From: Candidatus Thalassarchaeaceae archaeon | GTDB lineage: Archaea > Thermoplasmatota > Poseidoniia > Poseidoniales > Thalassarchaeaceae | Assembly (NCBI GenBank): GCA_045568235.1 | Contig: JBJLBJ010000023.1 | Location: 20,531 to 84,530 of the forward strand | Direction: 5' to 3' | Length of the DNA stretch: 64,000 nucleotides | In this document: positions 63,701-64,000 of the stretch, piece by piece | How positions within the stretch are numbered: position 1 is the first letter of the stretch | Layout of the letters: each line of letters begins with the position of its first letter | Translations under genes and position numbers: made by a program | The notes under the pieces: model-generated | The model's database searches: none | The model's input: the letters and a program-made list of their open reading frames with translations, nothing else | What the model was told of the DNA's origin: nothing

Positions 63701-64000
63701 AAGTATTATATTTCCAAAATAAGTGATTTCTGAATTATTGATATTCAATGAATTTGGAGAAATGGTATCTTTAATTAATACTGATTTCAATTGTAAATCA
63801 ATACTATTTTTTACAAAAATACCATGTTGATTATTAATAGATGAACATGAATAACAACTGACATTTTTACCGCCACTCATTACCGTATTGGATTCATGAA
63901 AAAATATTCCAGAACCATCTTCTGGATTATTTTGACCTATTCCATTTTGAAATGTTTCTACATTAGATAGTTCAACATTACTAGAGTCAAAAACATACAA
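60701..64000 (-). CDS. Very large surface protein (beta-helix, PKD repeats, choice-of-anchor-X-like motif, C-terminal TM), 5'-truncated by window
   Basis: Beta-helix-like N-terminal part; repeats FDASSS.D.D.D..F.W.S..DG...G.H.ITL; FRDDGKGSDQVADDNIWT; TM near C-terminus. Confidence 0.8.
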   Translation of the reverse strand: MYVFDSSNVELSNVETFQNGIGQNNPEDGSGIFFHESNTVMSGGKNVSCYSCSSINNQHGIFVKNSIDLQLKSVLIKDTISPNSLNINNSEITYFGNIILDDIKIFSNSSDYALKMVEVDAKINNLQIMDSNNGLFWSAKGITSSSIDNSIIYGSKNACFDFSDHTELIITNTSIYCYSNNPTSENSVVNFTDTILIQNSSMQNSFILGDNNHIKWISSQGILTPISSFENNIFDIMWNLEIHTINQYLMNIPYAEVNISFDIYEDNITATQPYSGNYLYGPFIGKRWIPQEGWSSENIVNSGCSYDGIHNNTTSFILSSDILVICRLDISNQAPFIIWQLPEDDSQYSSASVVIFDASSSWDLDLDEITFTWTSNLDGDFTYSCTQEGNTDNYSHIIANNESQCLSDGIHQITLEVCDIENQCVNETRRIELINLPPILSVGTLPKINSQGILYLGETANVSVLLDGTYDPENGDLWCWLETSYEDPISVIDGDPNCPEEISRSFIGAPGQFNITVFASDGINPSRSWVFDVVLVNELPSAIMEVSRINNISSSLVRLDGSDTVDPEGDVVKFEFISNIDGLLSSGLESTSTIEWLGYLSKGIHNITMKATDNLPNHVGLWTYHSFELEVLNSPPVSLISQPTNGIMAESGDILDFQSTGSGDWDLACSDLINNGSNLLCNPYLGENNDLVSILWISDKLTEPIGNDWSFQSRLPPGNHNITLSLDDGIQKVISSPINLIISESAPIMVLDSPTPNIEVNSNSPVLFDFQNSFDPDGDSFTVSIESDLMGIILENKTTDYWYNYYLLAGEHNLTITLVDSSEMERKYTQKISVLESAPIANIDNLDNGQYISPGEPVNLDASSSFDYDDDIILYQWSLNDGTIISDNKQELVYFNPGSIQINLLVQDSRGAQDFSSVNLTIGASYPKLDNLIISIDSIETNVPTEVYIYVTLNDPDRTTNQVNGEMLSGGVSEVMIFRDDGKGSDQVADDNIWTYRSNWEITEGNWVKVEIWAIDGELVSQSQVESIPVVKQSNENTLDWLFSAGFPLLIILIALFSLLGIAYVNNRRIQTAKDIELIESWSAFVPRELDEEFDNKEH

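Overview
Gene-dense, AT-rich (roughly one third GC by eye) archaeal chromosomal segment, most consistent with Marine Group II Euryarchaeota (Poseidoniales, Thermoplasmatota). The basis is an archaellin with the MGII-style 'GSMGIG' N-terminus, Taw1, stand-alone Bud32, a group II chaperonin and a tRNA-Gly with A73, mixed with many bacterial-type genes (IleRS2, ThrRS, TrhO, DnaK, M17 peptidase, membrane PPase) and large acidic membrane-anchored surface proteins. It holds about 59 CDS and one tRNA. No mobile element, CRISPR array or recognisable defence system was seen. The most notable observations are: (1) an orphan archaellin carrying an inserted, motif-complete beta/gamma-crystallin (Protein S-like, Ca2+-binding) domain; (2) a recurrent non-canonical TT[C/G]A[A/T] box 29-31 nt upstream of many start codons, suggesting an altered TATA box and leaderless mRNAs; (3) an Mrp/NBP35 ATPase whose Fe-S-binding CxxC is replaced by an Ig-like segment; (4) several enzymes with altered catalytic signatures (PolX, M29 peptidase, IleRS GIHH, chaperonin RDGTTT). 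All family calls come from motif recognition, not from database searches.
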